Assembly (NCBI RefSeq): GCF_001447785.1
Contig: NW_015160859.1
Location: forward strand, 646,569-710,568
DNA length: 64,000 bases
Direction of reading: 5' to 3'
From: Gekko japonicus
Lineage: Eukaryota
Shown: in pieces, positions 25,241 through 37,643 of the stretch
How positions within the stretch are numbered: position 1 is the stretch's first letter
How the letters are laid out: the number at the start of each line of letters is the position of its first letter
Position numbers and translations under genes: made by a program
The notes under the pieces: model-generated
Database searches by the model: none
Seen by the model: only the letters and a program-made list of their open reading frames with translations
Told to the model about the DNA's origin: nothing

Positions 25241-27213
25241 ATGTTTATTACATTAATTTGAAACCCAATTTTCAGCACACACACAAAAAAGATCTCAGCC
25301 ACTTTTCACAAAGAATGCTTTGCATAATTTTGGTTATGGGCTAGAAGAGTAAGCCTGAGTAACTGGCAAGTTTGTTTTCAATGAGTCTGACTTTTCTTTT
25401 AATGCTTTATGATCTAGGTTTGTACAATGACACAAGTGAGGAGGTAGAATTTATCTCCCTGGTGCCAGGATCTAAAGCAAGATCCATTTGGCAACAGGGC
25501 TGTATGAATGAACCTGGGTATGTAGAACCTTCATGCTTTGTTTTCTTTCAGTTTTTTCTCTCTTTTATGCAACTGTATTGAATTAGTAGCATTTTACAAT
25601 TACTTTGCAAACATTAAACAAGATTCAGCATTTCATTGTGTGTGTCTGCTACATATCCAGTTGTGTTCAGTATTACAATGGAACTGTAGCTTTTCCTTGG
25701 TATATAGATGCTGTCTTGATCAGATAGGTACTCAGGCTTCCCTAAACGTAATTCTACATAATTAATCAAAGATGGCATAAAGGTGGAAGAGGTAGGTAGG
25801 AAAATGGTGGGGGTGCTGTATTTAAGCAACTCTGTTTAAGGCACTGGATCTCATATTTCAACCAAGTTTAAACGTTTATCAAATAGGTTTAAGTTTAGAG
25901 AAAACTGTTTCCAGTAATGTCTTCATCACAAAATTTTTAGTGTACTGTTAAGTTTTTAAGTAATTGGAAGTTACATATTGTGTCTAGTCTGCTTGAATAA
26001 GACATTTTATTCGGAAAGGTTATCAAACCTCCCATCTGATATAGTGTAGTTAAACTGAAGCATTGGAAAAACCACATTGATCCCTGAGTAAAAGGGGTGT
26101 TTTAATGGCAGTTGGACTTAATTTAAATTCAGGCCCTTCAGATTAAATTAATTATGGGTTATCCAGCCAAGTTTTTCATTTTACCTTGCCCAGTTCTCCT
26201 CCTTACATTAGCCCCTGCTGCAAATGGCTTCTGCTACAGAACTGGGGCTTTGGAGCAATTATGAAGGACAAGGAAAGGATTATGTGACTTTTAATCATGT
26301 AAAAATAATTTATGAGTGGCACTATTACCCTACATATGAATGGTAAGAGAACCTTGTATTTTTCTGTCCAGTTATTTTATCTGTCGCTGTACTATTCTGC
26401 TGCTGGTGTTTAAATCACCCAGGTACTCAAAGAAATAATACCGAATTCACTCCTATTACTAGACATTTACCAAGTGGGGGGGGGGGGGGACCCTTCTATT
26501 TATAAAAATTTTACAAGGGGGGGGGGGGGGGGACACATTTCCCATTGAAAATACATATTTTTTACAGAAACCTGAAAAATGCTGTTTCCGCATACTTTTT
26601 ATGACAAGATTTCATGAGATGTTATAAATCAATAAACCAATAACAAAGAATGCAGCTATTGGTATCATTAACTACATAATCATTACAATAAAGCAAGGAA
26701 AATTTAAATACTTATTTCTTTTCATGCTTTTTATTTTAAACCCTGCACTATTAAAGCTTTTGGGCTGTAAGAAAACAATCCCTACTACATAACATGAACA
26801 TTGCTGGAACTAAGGAGATCTGGGGGTACCTAGATAAGAGACCATCTGAGAGTAATATGTAAACTTATGTACACTGCTGTGAAGTCTACAGTAGAAAAAA
26901 GACAGGATATAAATGTAATAAAAAAATTAAATCATACGACCATGTAATGAGCTACAGATTGTAACCAATCAATTCATTATTTTATTCAGGTTCAATCACA
27001 ATTTTCCTTCTCAGATACGTTTTGTTTTTTTTTGAAAAAGTATGCTACTTTGGACATGACAAAAATTTGTCTGAAAGAAAAAACAGAAAATGTATGGGTG
27101 TGTGTGTATGAGAGTGAGAGAAGCTGGTGCCAGATTCCATCCTAAAGCTACTGTAAGCGTCTCTGCAAGGATGTATCCCTCAAAATCTCCTTGTAGGTAT
27201 CAAATATAAAAAG

Positions 27214-28075
27214 TAGGGGTGTGCGTTTGGTATAAACAGAACCAAATAAATATCTGGAAAATACCAATACGGCTCAGACTGGAAAAAGCAGATTTATTTT
27301 ATTTCTTTTAATTTTATATTTTTAAATTTTATTTGGGCTACCGATATGGCTCAACCTGAAAAAGCTGATTTCTTAAAATTTTTATTTTATTTGGGCGAGC
27401 CAGCCTCAGCTGAAGCAGCACAGAACTGTTGGGTGCGCGNNNNNNNNNNNNNNNNNNNNNNNNNNNNNNNNNNNGTTTAAACGACCCTGCAAGAGGAGCC
27501 AGCACAGGATTGGCTGGGGCAGTGGGAGCGGACAGCTCCACACTGCCCCAGCTGATCCTCCCTGGCAGCCCAGTTCAAACTGGATTGTCCAAAAGAGCCC
27601 TCCCAGGAGCAGATCCTGTAGGAAGAGCTCTCCCCAAGGCCAGCAGAAATGAAGGGGGGGGGAAGAGATCTGAGATATATTCCCTTCCTCTTGACAGTTC
27701 TGTACTGCCCCAGCTGATCCTCCCCCCAAAGCCAATCTGCCCACAACTTGGGAGTGCAAATAGAGGGACATCCCAGTGAGGTCTGCTGCCAGTTTGATGC
27801 TTCTAGCTTGCTCGGGGTCTGTTTGACACATTCCCTCCCCTTTTGCACAGTGGACCCTAGGATCTTCCCCCTAAGCCAATCTACACACAGCTTGGAGGAC
27901 AGGTAGAGGGGCACCCTGGGGAGGTCTGCTGCCAGTTTAATGCCTCTATCTTGGGGTGGGGGGGGCGTTTGACAGCCTCCCTCCCCCTTTTGCATATAAG
28001 AATGACCCTAGGATATCCCCCCCCAAGTAATTCTGCACACAACTTGGAAACGGTCCTGGGGTAGTGCATTAGCAT
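27214..28075. mobile_element. hAT-like non-autonomous element (TAGGGGTGTGC terminus) with internal sub-repeats; contains an N gap
   Basis: Left end is homologous to 63066 onward. Internal duplicated units CTGCCCCAGCTGATCCTCCC and GAGGTCTGCTGCCAGTTT...GACCCTAGGAT. Confidence 0.55.
27440..27474. other. Assembly gap (35 N)
   Basis: Run of N. Confidence 1.
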
Positions 28076-29877
28076 TCCAAGGGGGGAAAAGGTATTACAC
28101 AGTCACCTTGGATGCATTTAGATGACCAATTTACCATGACTTAGTTGAAATGACTCGCTCTTCCCTCCTTTCCTTCCCCATCTCATACAGAGTGTGATGA
28201 ATTAATTCCAGTTAGATACGGATTCTGGCTATCTGTGACATATGAATGCAGATGCTTGGTTTAACAGCAGTTAGTTCAGCACCATCTGTATCTGGTATTC
28301 TAAACCCTAAATTCAATTCAGGACCAGAATCCCAATTAGAAGGGGAAACGATCCCAGTAAACTGAATTAATATACCACTGCAAGTTGGAGTAAATGCATA
28401 AGATTTATTTCACTATACTCCACATGAGAAGGGGGAGGAGCAAGGCAGAAGCACAAGCTGGGTTCCTGCACATTTTAAGCTAACTGTGGTTAAATTTGCT
28501 GTACAAATGTAGGACAAATGCTGAGGAAACCTTTGAAACCCATAGAACAGGAGAACATGAAGGGTGAACAGCAAGTAAAGGCAAATGTAAGCCTACAAAC
28601 CTGAGAATATCTGGGGGAGAAAACACACTATATTAACAGTTTACTTTAGTTTTCATTTACAAAATATTCCATACATGAGGTGGGGGAAAGAAAGAATTTA
28701 AGGGAAGATCACACTATTTCTGAAGTTCCCCAAGGGCTCATGTGATCACCAAACCTCAAGCATCTAGTCTCCATTTACCTCTGGAGCTAAGAAATTCAGT
28801 GCCCTATTGTATTAGAATTTTCTATCATTATTAGTATGTCTAACAGGAACATGAGTGGGCAATCACAGGAAAAGCAAAAACAGACCACCTATGTTTGTAT
28901 GTACTTGGTGGACTCCACAGAAATGCATAAAAATATAACTTTGTAAATCACCCCTCAAAAAATCACACAAAATAGCCCATTGAGGACCCAGCATATTCCA
29001 AAAGGCAAGGAATACTGAGACCATTGGAATAAATAGTTCTTCCCCCACACCTCCCATTTGTTCCATTCTAATAGCAAACATCAAAAAGGCAGCAATAGAG
29101 GCCTCAGCTAAACAGAGTTGGGGGTAGGGATGTGCATTTAGATATTTCCAGTCAGAATGAATGAAATATACACACACACACGTTATTGGGATTTTCTGGA
29201 TATATTCAGGTGTCCAGATGATGTCCAGGATTTTTCAGTATACTGGGAAATGGGACCCAACCCCCCCCAGAAATATTTGGGAATAACGGGAGCCAACATT
29301 TTAAAGCTCCCGGGACTCTGTTTTCTTTAATTTTACTGTGCATCTCTATCTTGTCAGGGCTTAGTATCAGCATGCCATGTTGGTTTGGCATATATTAACA
29401 TACAGTCCAAGGTTTTGCTGCCAAAACTAGGATGGGGGGCAGTGGTCATTTGTGGCAGTACAAAACATGAGAGTAATGGGCATACCATGAAGACTGAAAT
29501 ACTGGTGCGAGACCATGAGAGATCAAGCGCCAAATAGTTATCCATATTTATTGTTTTGGATATGAGTAAACAGCAGAATTTGTTGGTGTTTGTCATCAGT
29601 CTTAAGCAGATTTACTCAGAATCTTACTGAATCTTGCTGAAGTCTATTCAATGGGGCTTACTGCCAAGAAAGTGTTCTCAGGCCAGGTGATCCAAGAAGG
29701 GCCAAAATTTCTTCCAAAAGTTGACTGGCATGATTCACCAACTCTGTACATTCTCTAGAGTAGTCATATTTTTCAGATTCTGGGCCAAAATGAGTCCAGA
29801 AAGGTAAAGGAAAGACAACATAATGGCAAACAAAACATTTTATGTCATGCTACTTGTCACTTCATCTACTTTTTTCT

Positions 29878-30078
29878 TTTTTTGCTGTCACTTCTTATCT
29901 GATGTATGGCAACCCCAGGTAGGGTTTTCAAGGCAAGAGACATTCAGAGGTGGTTTGTCACTGACTGCCTCCACATCATGGCCCTGGTATTCCTTGATCA
30001 TCTCCCATCCAAATACTGGCCAAGGCCAACTCTGCTTAGCTTCTGAGATCTGACGAGATCAGACTATCCTGGTCAGGG
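29878..30078 (-). mobile_element. 5S rRNA-derived SINE (SINE3) with RTE/BovB-like tail
   Basis: 30001-30065 is the reverse complement of a degenerate 5S core (GATCTCGTCAGATCTCAGAAGCTAAGCAG...TTGGATGGGAGA). The tail resembles the BovB 5' segment at 49419-49470. Confidence 0.8.
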
Positions 30079-30187
30079 CTCTGCTAGTCTAGGGGGATGA
30101 AAACTTCATTTTGTCTACTCAAGATATCTGATTGCATTGTTTTTATATTTTGTAATCTGTCTTAAGTCTCAGGAAGATAGTGGACTA

Positions 30188-30500
30188 TTAGAATCATAGA
30201 GTTGGAAGGGACCTCCAGGATAATCTAGTCCAACCACCTGCACAATACAGGAAATTCACAAATACCTCTCCCTACACCACCAGTGACCCTTGCTCCATGC
30301 CCAGAAGATGCCAAAAACAAGAAAGAGAACCCTCCAGGTTCCCTGGCCAAACTGGCCTGGAGAAAAATTGCTTCCTGACCCCAAAGTTGCCACAAGAACT
30401 AAGCACTGATGCAACCCTTCCTGCCCTCCCTTTCTTATGATCTGCCTAAGTTCACAGAATCACCATTGCTGTCAGATGGCCAACTAGCCGCTGTTTAAAA
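30188..30500 (-). mobile_element. CR1 3' end fragment
   Basis: TAGAATCATAGAGTTGGAAGGGACC is the reverse of the CR1 terminal hairpin/octamer seen at 44810-44834. Confidence 0.8.
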
Positions 30501-31018
30501 AAAACTCTTTTAATTTCAACCCATTTGCTCTGGTCAGACCAGAATGAAGTAAATAAATATACAAGTAAGCTGTACACTTATGTTCAAAAGTTTAAAGGCT
30601 TGGTTCTGAACATACTAAGGATTATTAAGGACAAAAAACTGTTTTTTAAGAATATTTGTTCTGGGATTTTTATCTCACAATAACTATGGCAATGTTATCA
30701 AAGTGATATACAATAAATAAGCACAGGGAGTTATGGTTTGGGGAGCTGCAGGATAGTACATAGGCACATACGTTTTTAACAGTAGATGGTGAGCTAATCT
30801 TCCCAACATACTTTCATTACTTTAAAAAAAAATAAAAATATTGTCGTGGTAAGCCATAGTAAACAGTGTTGCAGTTACCTGTAACTGTTGTTCACTGAGT
30901 GGTCTTCTATGCAGGCCCACATTGAGACTGAGTGTGTGCAGGCCAGATGCAGAAAAGATTTCCAAAGCTTTCTAACAGACTAGGAGTGCCCCTCCTCCCT
31001 CTGGCATTTTTCTGCCAA

Positions 31019-31542
31019 TTTCAGTACCTAAAAAGGTTAGTCAAGAATAGAAGAGGGCCAACTAAAAATCTAATTATGAAACATACAAAAATATACATGT
31101 ATTTATTAAACACAAATTAAAATAACAAATAAGGGCCCATTCATACCTCATATACAAATATAAAAATACAAAGGCTGATGAAATAGACCTAATGCGTTTC
31201 GGCCTTCACAGGTCTTCCTCAGAGGTCTAATGCAAATAGAACATATTGGCTAATATGTAAAAATATATACAATCAAACATATACAAAATATGAAATAAAG
31301 ACCAGAAAACAATTGTTCCAAAGTTTAACCACTGGGCAAAAATACAAATGAAACCTCCAGTGCAATCACATGTCCAGTAGTACTTCTCTCTGGTCAACTA
31401 TATATTCTCCTGAGATTGTATAGCCAAATGTTCCCAATGAAATATTCCTTAAGTTAAAAGCAGTGTTGCTCAAAAAAGTGTTGGACCTATACAGTAGATT
31501 CAGGATTATACAATCCTTAAAGGATGATGTGATCCTTACAGG
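31019..31542 (-). mobile_element. Non-coding hammerhead-bearing insert (retrozyme or Penelope pLTR-like) inside DIRS relic 2
   Basis: A-rich block interrupting the DIRS ITR, flanked by TGCCAA (31013-31018 and 31543-31548); contains the hammerhead listed next. Confidence 0.6.
31184..31229 (-). ncRNA. Minimal type-I hammerhead ribozyme motif (slightly mutated)
   Basis: Minus strand: UAGACCU-CUGAGGA-AGACC-UGUGAA-GGCC-GAAAC-GC-AUU-AGGUCUA. Perfect 7-bp stem I and both core boxes; ACGCAU where palindromic ACGCGU is expected. Confidence 0.75.
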
Positions 31543-32362
31543 TGCCAAAACCATCACATGAGCAGGAGGAGGGATGCTACTTCCTTTTCTCTCCATGCTG
31601 CTGCAGGAGACCCTGAAAAACCTAAGGTTCCAGAGAGTTCACAGTGGGGCGGGAAGGAGGGGGGATGTGTGCCTTGCACAGGAGACCACTTAATGAACAA
31701 CAGTTTTCATCGTTGTGGTATCTGTGAAGTCCCACATTGGGAGACTAGCAAGCTCACTGCATGAAAGAGGTGGGCTTGAAGTTCTCAAAGGAGGAGACCA
31801 TTGAGGACCACATTCCCAACAGCTGTTTAGCATCCCATATTGGTATTCACCCAGAGCTGATTTATAAAGGAGTATCTCTACAAGCGTCCCAACTGAAATA
31901 AATTCAGGAATGTGGCAAGGAAAACCAGTGCTCTGATGGAGAGCTGTGATACACAAAATGGTATTAAAGAGTCACGCACTCAAGAAAAAGTGTGATAGCC
32001 TCTACCAACCCACAAAGACAGGTTGTGTGAGGAAGCTGACAGTTGACCAATCCTTTGTGAAGCCTGAAAAACCAATACAAAGCATTATTAGGGCCCTATC
32101 GGACAAAACCCAAAGTCACATTCAAGTAATGTGAGGAGTGCACAGATGTTTGGCATCAATAACAAGTGTAAGAATAGCATTGTGAGACATGAGGACTGGG
32201 GACAATACCTGGGAATCCTGGCCAGGGCACAGGTTAGAACTACAATTTCCGCATTCCACCTAGAGGTGCAAGATATTGTAATGAAGGAGTGGCACTTGCC
32301 ACACTACCGCTACAATGCAGGAAATGAGTGGATCAAAACTACAAAAAACAGGAGTGAGCTAG

Positions 32363-35300
32363 AAACACTGGGCTTACCTGAAGGTTTCTTCTCTTCAGTG
32401 GGGCAAAGTCATCCAAGCTGGTTAGCTCACGCCTCCTCTTGCTCCAGGCAGGGCTATGCAAATCTTTGTGTGACCTACCTGGGGTGGACTGAGACCATCT
32501 CTCCAGTCGTTCCATACCCAAGCTTTAGCTAGCCTTTGACTTCCTATTAGTAGTTGTAGACTACACCTCTCTCTCTCCATTCCCTTTTTTTGTGTGAGGG
32601 GGAGTGGATAAATTCACCTCACTGAAGAGAAGAAACCTTTAGGTAAGTCCAATGTTTTGTTCTTTTTCAATGGGGGAAATCATCCAAGCTGGTTATATGC
32701 TGAAGTTATCTGATAGGGTGGGATGTATTAGCCAAGGCACTCCTTATTCCAGTTTCACACAACTACTTGCTGTAGCACTCGAATTGAATCTTGCTGGTCA
32801 ATCCTCTGGTGATAGCACTCTTCTCCCAAAGGCTGCTCAAATTGAATCTTGCTGGTCAATCCTCTGGTGCCTTATGAAGGTAGAAAAGAATGAGTAGGTG
32901 GGCTGCCCTACAGATCTCATCTATGGGAGCCCTGATGGAGAAGGCGGCTGAGGCAGCTGCCACCTGGTGGAATGGGCAGTAACACCCTGTGGTGTCCCCA
33001 AGCCCATGATCTCATAGGCTTTATGTATGCCAAGTTTTACACAAAGGGTGATGATAGCTCCTGGTTTAAATGGTAAGCTGAGTTTACTTTAGGAACAAAC
33101 GATGGGCCTGTTCTAAGTACTACAGAGTCCTTGTGGAACACACAAAACTCCCTTCTAACTGACAAGGCCCCCAGTTCTGCAATTCTCCTAGCGAAGGTCA
33201 CTGCCACCAGAAAGGCAACCTTTCACGATAGAAATCTTAGCACCATGGATTTTAGTGGCTCACACGGTGCTCTGGTGAGTGCTTGTAAGACTTTAGTGAG
33301 ACTCCAGGTGGGAAATCAATGTCTCACCAGGGGTGCTAGCTGCGCCATTCCCTTAATGAATCTCCTAACATACGTGTTAGCTGATAAGTTGTGCAACCCT
33401 CTACCTTCCAGGACTGCTGCCAGAGCAGCTACTTGTCTCTTTAGTGCATTTGGTTTTAGTCCTTGCTTTCAACCTTGGTACAAGAGAATAACATCCTTGT
33501 AGGACAGCTTTAAGGGTTCTACACTTTGGTTGCTGGCCCACTTCCTGAACGCAGACCAAGTATAGTTATAAATCCACCTGGTTGTTGGCTTCTTGCCTGC
33601 ACCATGACATTCACCACTTCCTTAGGGAAGACAAACTTTTCTAGTTCCCGCCTCTCAATCTCCATGCAGTCAGCTCAAGCCAGGCTGGGTCCAGGTGCAG
33701 TACCGGTCCCTGTGGCAGAAGGTCTGCCCTCACTGGGAGATGCCATGGGGCGTCCATGGACATCTTGACCACATCCAAGAATCATGGATGTCTTGGCCAG
33801 AAAGGGGTGATGACGATCACCTCTGCCCCCACACTTTGCACTTTGTTCAGCACCTTGTTGATCCATAAATTAAAAAAAATGGGGGTTGGAAGAAAGACAT
33901 ATAGCAAGCCCTCCAAGCCATTGGTGTAGTAGCACATCCTCGCCCTCTGCTTGTGGTTCCAGGAACCTGGGAACCAGCTGGTCCTGCCACAATGTCAGCA
34001 GGTCCATTATCGGGGTAGTGAAGCAAGCAGAGATCTCCCAAAAGGTGTTGTGGTTTCGTGCCCATTCTCCTGGGCCCAAGTCCCTTCTGCTCAGCCAATC
34101 CGCTTGTATGTTTGAGAGGCCTTGCAGGTGCTGCACTCTCATGCCTGTCTATAGGAAGAGGAGCACCTCCTTGTAAAGGGCGATGGCTCTGGTGCTGCCT
34201 TGACTGTTGTCATGTGCCTTTGCTGTCATTTTGTCAGTTTTCATCAGGACATTGATGTCTCTCAGTGAGTCCCAGAAGACAATTAGGGCTAGCCTGACTG
34301 CTTGCAGTTTCACCCAGTTGATGCTGTTCCCCATCTCTGAGGGGGACCACTTGCCTTTCGCCCATTGCAGTGTTCCCCAACCCCGTTTGCTTGCGTCCGT
34401 GGTCAGCATAATGTGGGATGACTGTAGGAAGAACACTCCCTTGATTATGTTCCTTTGTGAAGACCACCATTTTAGTGCTTTCAACACTGAAGGGGGGAAT
34501 TTGAACTGCTTGTGGCGCCTCCTGCTGATGTTCTTCTGGTGCAGTAGTAGCGCCCACTGAAGAGGTCTTGTGTGAAAGCGGGTCCATGGGACAAAATCTA
34601 TTGTTGAATTTAAGAGGCCCAGTGTTGCAGAGAGGTCTAACGCTTTTTGCTTGTGCATCCTTTTGATTGTATCCAAGATCTTCTGTTGTTTCTCTGATGG
34701 GAGAAAGACTCTTGCAGACACCATGTCTAGCCTGGCCCCCAGGTGGACTGGGTCCTTGGATGGGGTAAGCTGGCTCTTTCCTAGGTTTATCAGGAACCCA
34801 TGCTCTCACAGAAGTGGAATAGACTCTTCTGAGTCCCTTGCCACTGATCTGCTGTCCCTGGCCCTGATCAGCAGGTCATCTGATTAAGGATATATGTGGA
34901 TCCCCTGCTGTTTCAGGTAGGCCACAAGCACTACCAGAATCTTGAAGACTCTTGGCAAGGGTGACAAGCCAAACAATAGGGCCGTGCATTGGTAATGTTG
35001 ATCGTCCATGGAGAAATGCAAGAACTGCTTGGAGGATTGGTGTATAGGGATATGCAGGTAAGCCTCCTTGAGATCCAGCAACACCAAGTAGTCATCATCT
35101 TGTTGTATTATTTGGACAACTGAACGAAGTGACTCCATGTGGAACTTCCACTTTTTTATCCACAAGTTCAGTTTCTTTAGGCTGAGAACTGCTTTCCAGT
35201 CTCCTGACTTATTGGGCACCAAGAAAAGACTGAGTAGAACCCTGGAATCTCTCAGCAGTAGGCACCAGCTCAACCACCCCAATGGGCAGAAGATGCTCTA

Positions 35301-35475
35301 CAGATTCCTATAGCAGTTGTCGTTTTTCCTTTGATCTAGGTACTGGAGATGGGATGAACTTGCAGTGTGGTGGAGATGCGAACTCTATCACGTAACTGTG
35401 CTTCATGATGGAATGCACCCACTGGTTGATTGTAGTCTGTCTCCAGCCATGGGTGAAGTTCCGGAGTTCCCTATC
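32363..35475 (-). mobile_element. DIRS relic 3 (different family): RT, RNase H, MT-like, YR, ICR and right terminus; gag end missing
   Basis: LFLVPNKSGDWK..LDLKEAYLHIPI..LLFGL (34884..35282); TTDASKRGWG, INWVKLQAVRLAL (34149..34724); QADWLSR; YR remnants ~32880-33600. 32363-32400 is the reverse complement of 32620-32657. Confidence 0.9.
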
Positions 35476-35649
35476 ACTAAAACCATATTCCCTTTTTTTC
35501 TTAAAAAAACTGACCCCCCCCCCCCGCCATATCCTTTTAAAAATTGTTTTTAGAGTATATATGATCAGGAAAGGTTTTCTTGAACTTCTTACAGAAATGG
35601 TGCTGTCAGAAGTTGTTTACATTTAAAAAGTTAACAGATATTACAAGTA

Positions 35650-37295
35650 TTTAGAAGCAACACAGTTTATTTAAAATGTGCAGCAATAGGAAGAGTTTTT
35701 AAGGACAACTTTGCTAAAATGTAAAACTTCATTTTCCTAGTAGTTGGAAAATAAAACAACACAAACAAATAAAAATTTCAAAGCTAAAAATATAGCAAAC
35801 GCTAACATACAGGTACACCATTTAGTATTTATTATATGCATTTTATATACATTATTTTTAAACAGCTGTACTTTTGCTATGTTGTACAATCTTAAAAATT
35901 TGCTGATTCATAGTTTGTAAAACAAAAAACTTACAAAACTCATCAAAACTCGCAAACTGATCAGAAAGATTTTTTGTGGAAGACTAGAAAAAATACTTTT
36001 ATTGTCTTAATCATGCAGTTACACAAACAAAATCTTTTAGTTACACCATAAACTGAAGCACATCTGAAAAAAATAATTCAAAGCAAGGAATAACTATTCC
36101 GAACACGGCCAATTTCTGACTCCTGATTCAACTACTTTTCCATTCTATTTGAACTGCAAATAAAAACATTTTCACTCCAAAAGTTCTGAAATGACTTTCT
36201 GGAATCAATTTTACTCCAGACACGTAATTGGAAAAAAGTCTGTTGGTAACTTTTAAAACTATCACATGTCCCATTTTTAGTCTATTTTAGACTGTTTGAA
36301 GAGTGCTATAATAGATATACAGGGCCCCTTAACACGCTACATAAAAAGGATATAAAGACGAACAAAAAGTGAAATAAATAATAGGCCATTAGCCAGATGG
36401 GTAATCCTTGATAAATAAATCTTGTAAATACAGTAAGATGTACAAAATATCACATAGTGATAGGATGCCAAGATTAATTTTAAAAGTTCATTGGGGAGGG
36501 CTGGGGGCATTTTAAGTTCCTTTGTGTCTCATTTACACCCTTCTTTACAGTCCTTTAGGAAGCCAGTTTATGCAATGATGCATTAGCATCCTGATGTAAG
36601 GACTTAGCTGAGCTTTGTTAGGCAACAAAGGGAACCGTCTGGTTACAGGCTAGCGAGCTATCTGTGGTTTAGGGTACTATAATGCAGAAAAACATTATTC
36701 ATACAATCTTGAGCACTGTTGTGACAGGCTAAATATATAAAAGACATATAAAAACTAGAATTTTATCCAAATATTTTGTGCAACTAATGCTAAATATTTT
36801 AAGTTAATTCCTTTTTTTAAAAAGCAAAATAAAGGTTTAAAAGGGAAATCTGTGGCATTTGACTGATAAACAGAAGATACTAAAAATGCAAAGAAAACTA
36901 CTCTTGGAGCTCACTTCCCCCCACAAGAGCACCACATTCCTAACCCTAAGGCAGCACACAGAGTCCAAAATAAAAGTCTTTAATAAGATCCGACTCCACG
37001 TTCGTTGAAAGACACACCTAGAGAACAGACAAACGCTCAGTTCATATCCAGTCAAGGCTACAAATACTGGTTTGTTCCCCCCCCCCAATACAGTAATTAC
37101 ATTTACATAAATCAGCCCATCGTCATTCACGAGATCGTGATTTCACCAATTGATACCTGCCCCAAACACACAGTCTCTGCTGAGGCAGGTTGCATGTAGT
37201 GTCTCATCAGTAACCCTTTTAGTGATGGCAGTGACGTATTCCCTCTTTTTGTCCAGGCAAACCTGCTATATATGACGCAGGTTTGCTTTGCTGGG
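35650..37295 (-). other. STRN3: STRN3 3'UTR; candidate AATAAA signals at 35666-35671, 35828-35833 and 35998-36003 (TTTATT on +)
   Basis: Repeat-free AT-rich stretch of ~1.65 kb after the stop, ending shortly before DIRS relic 3. Confidence 0.65.
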
Positions 37296-37465
37296 TCACA
37301 CAAATACTTTGGCAAGGGCATCGGCGCCTGCACTGGCAATATATGCTTTTGACGGGTGAAAAGCTACATCATAAATGGATTCATCCAATTTTTTCCTATG
37401 GGCTGTTATTTCTTGCACACATGTTTTGCTGTCCAAATTCCATAATCGAATAGAACAGTCATGGC
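37296..37465 (-). CDS. STRN3: Striatin-3 last coding exon (WD40)
   Basis: catacAG|GC CAT GAC; (S)HDCSIRLWNLDSKTCVQEITAHRKKLDESIYDVAFHPSKAYIASAGADALAKVFV*. Confidence 0.97.
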
Positions 37466-37556
37466 CTGTATGGGGGGGGAAAGGAGAGAGGTTTAGACAC
37501 AACAAAAAAGCATTACAACAAAATCTGAAGGCAACACTGGAGGTGGTTTAGCTTAC

Positions 37557-37643
37557 TTCCAGACATCAAGTAGATTCCATTAGGGTCCACAGCTAAACTT
37601 GTGACTGCGTCCAAATGAGCCACCATAGAATGGATCATTTTAC
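37557..37643 (-). CDS. STRN3: Striatin-3 exon, 87 bp
   Basis: cccttAG|GT AAA ATG...GGA A|GTaagc; GKMIHSMVAHLDAVTSLAVDPNGIYLMSG. Confidence 0.96.

Larger units (their letters stand above)
30861..31770 (-). mobile_element. DIRS relic 2: right terminus, ITR and partly deleted ICR
   Basis: 30883-30922 is the reverse complement of 31665-31705; 31705-31741 resembles the left end of the DIRS at 16287. Same architecture as 22021-22405. Confidence 0.8.

Noticed and set aside
26476-26532. Poly-G runs as functional G-quadruplexes (also ~39687-39705)
   Set aside because: Homopolymers, one beside an N gap; may be unreliable sequence and nothing else supports function.
27540-28070. CRISPR-like repeat-spacer array
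   Set aside because: Only two copies of each unit, irregular, inside a DNA-transposon relic in a vertebrate genome.
30001-30078. 5S rRNA gene
   Set aside because: Partial, diverged and fused to a retroposon tail.
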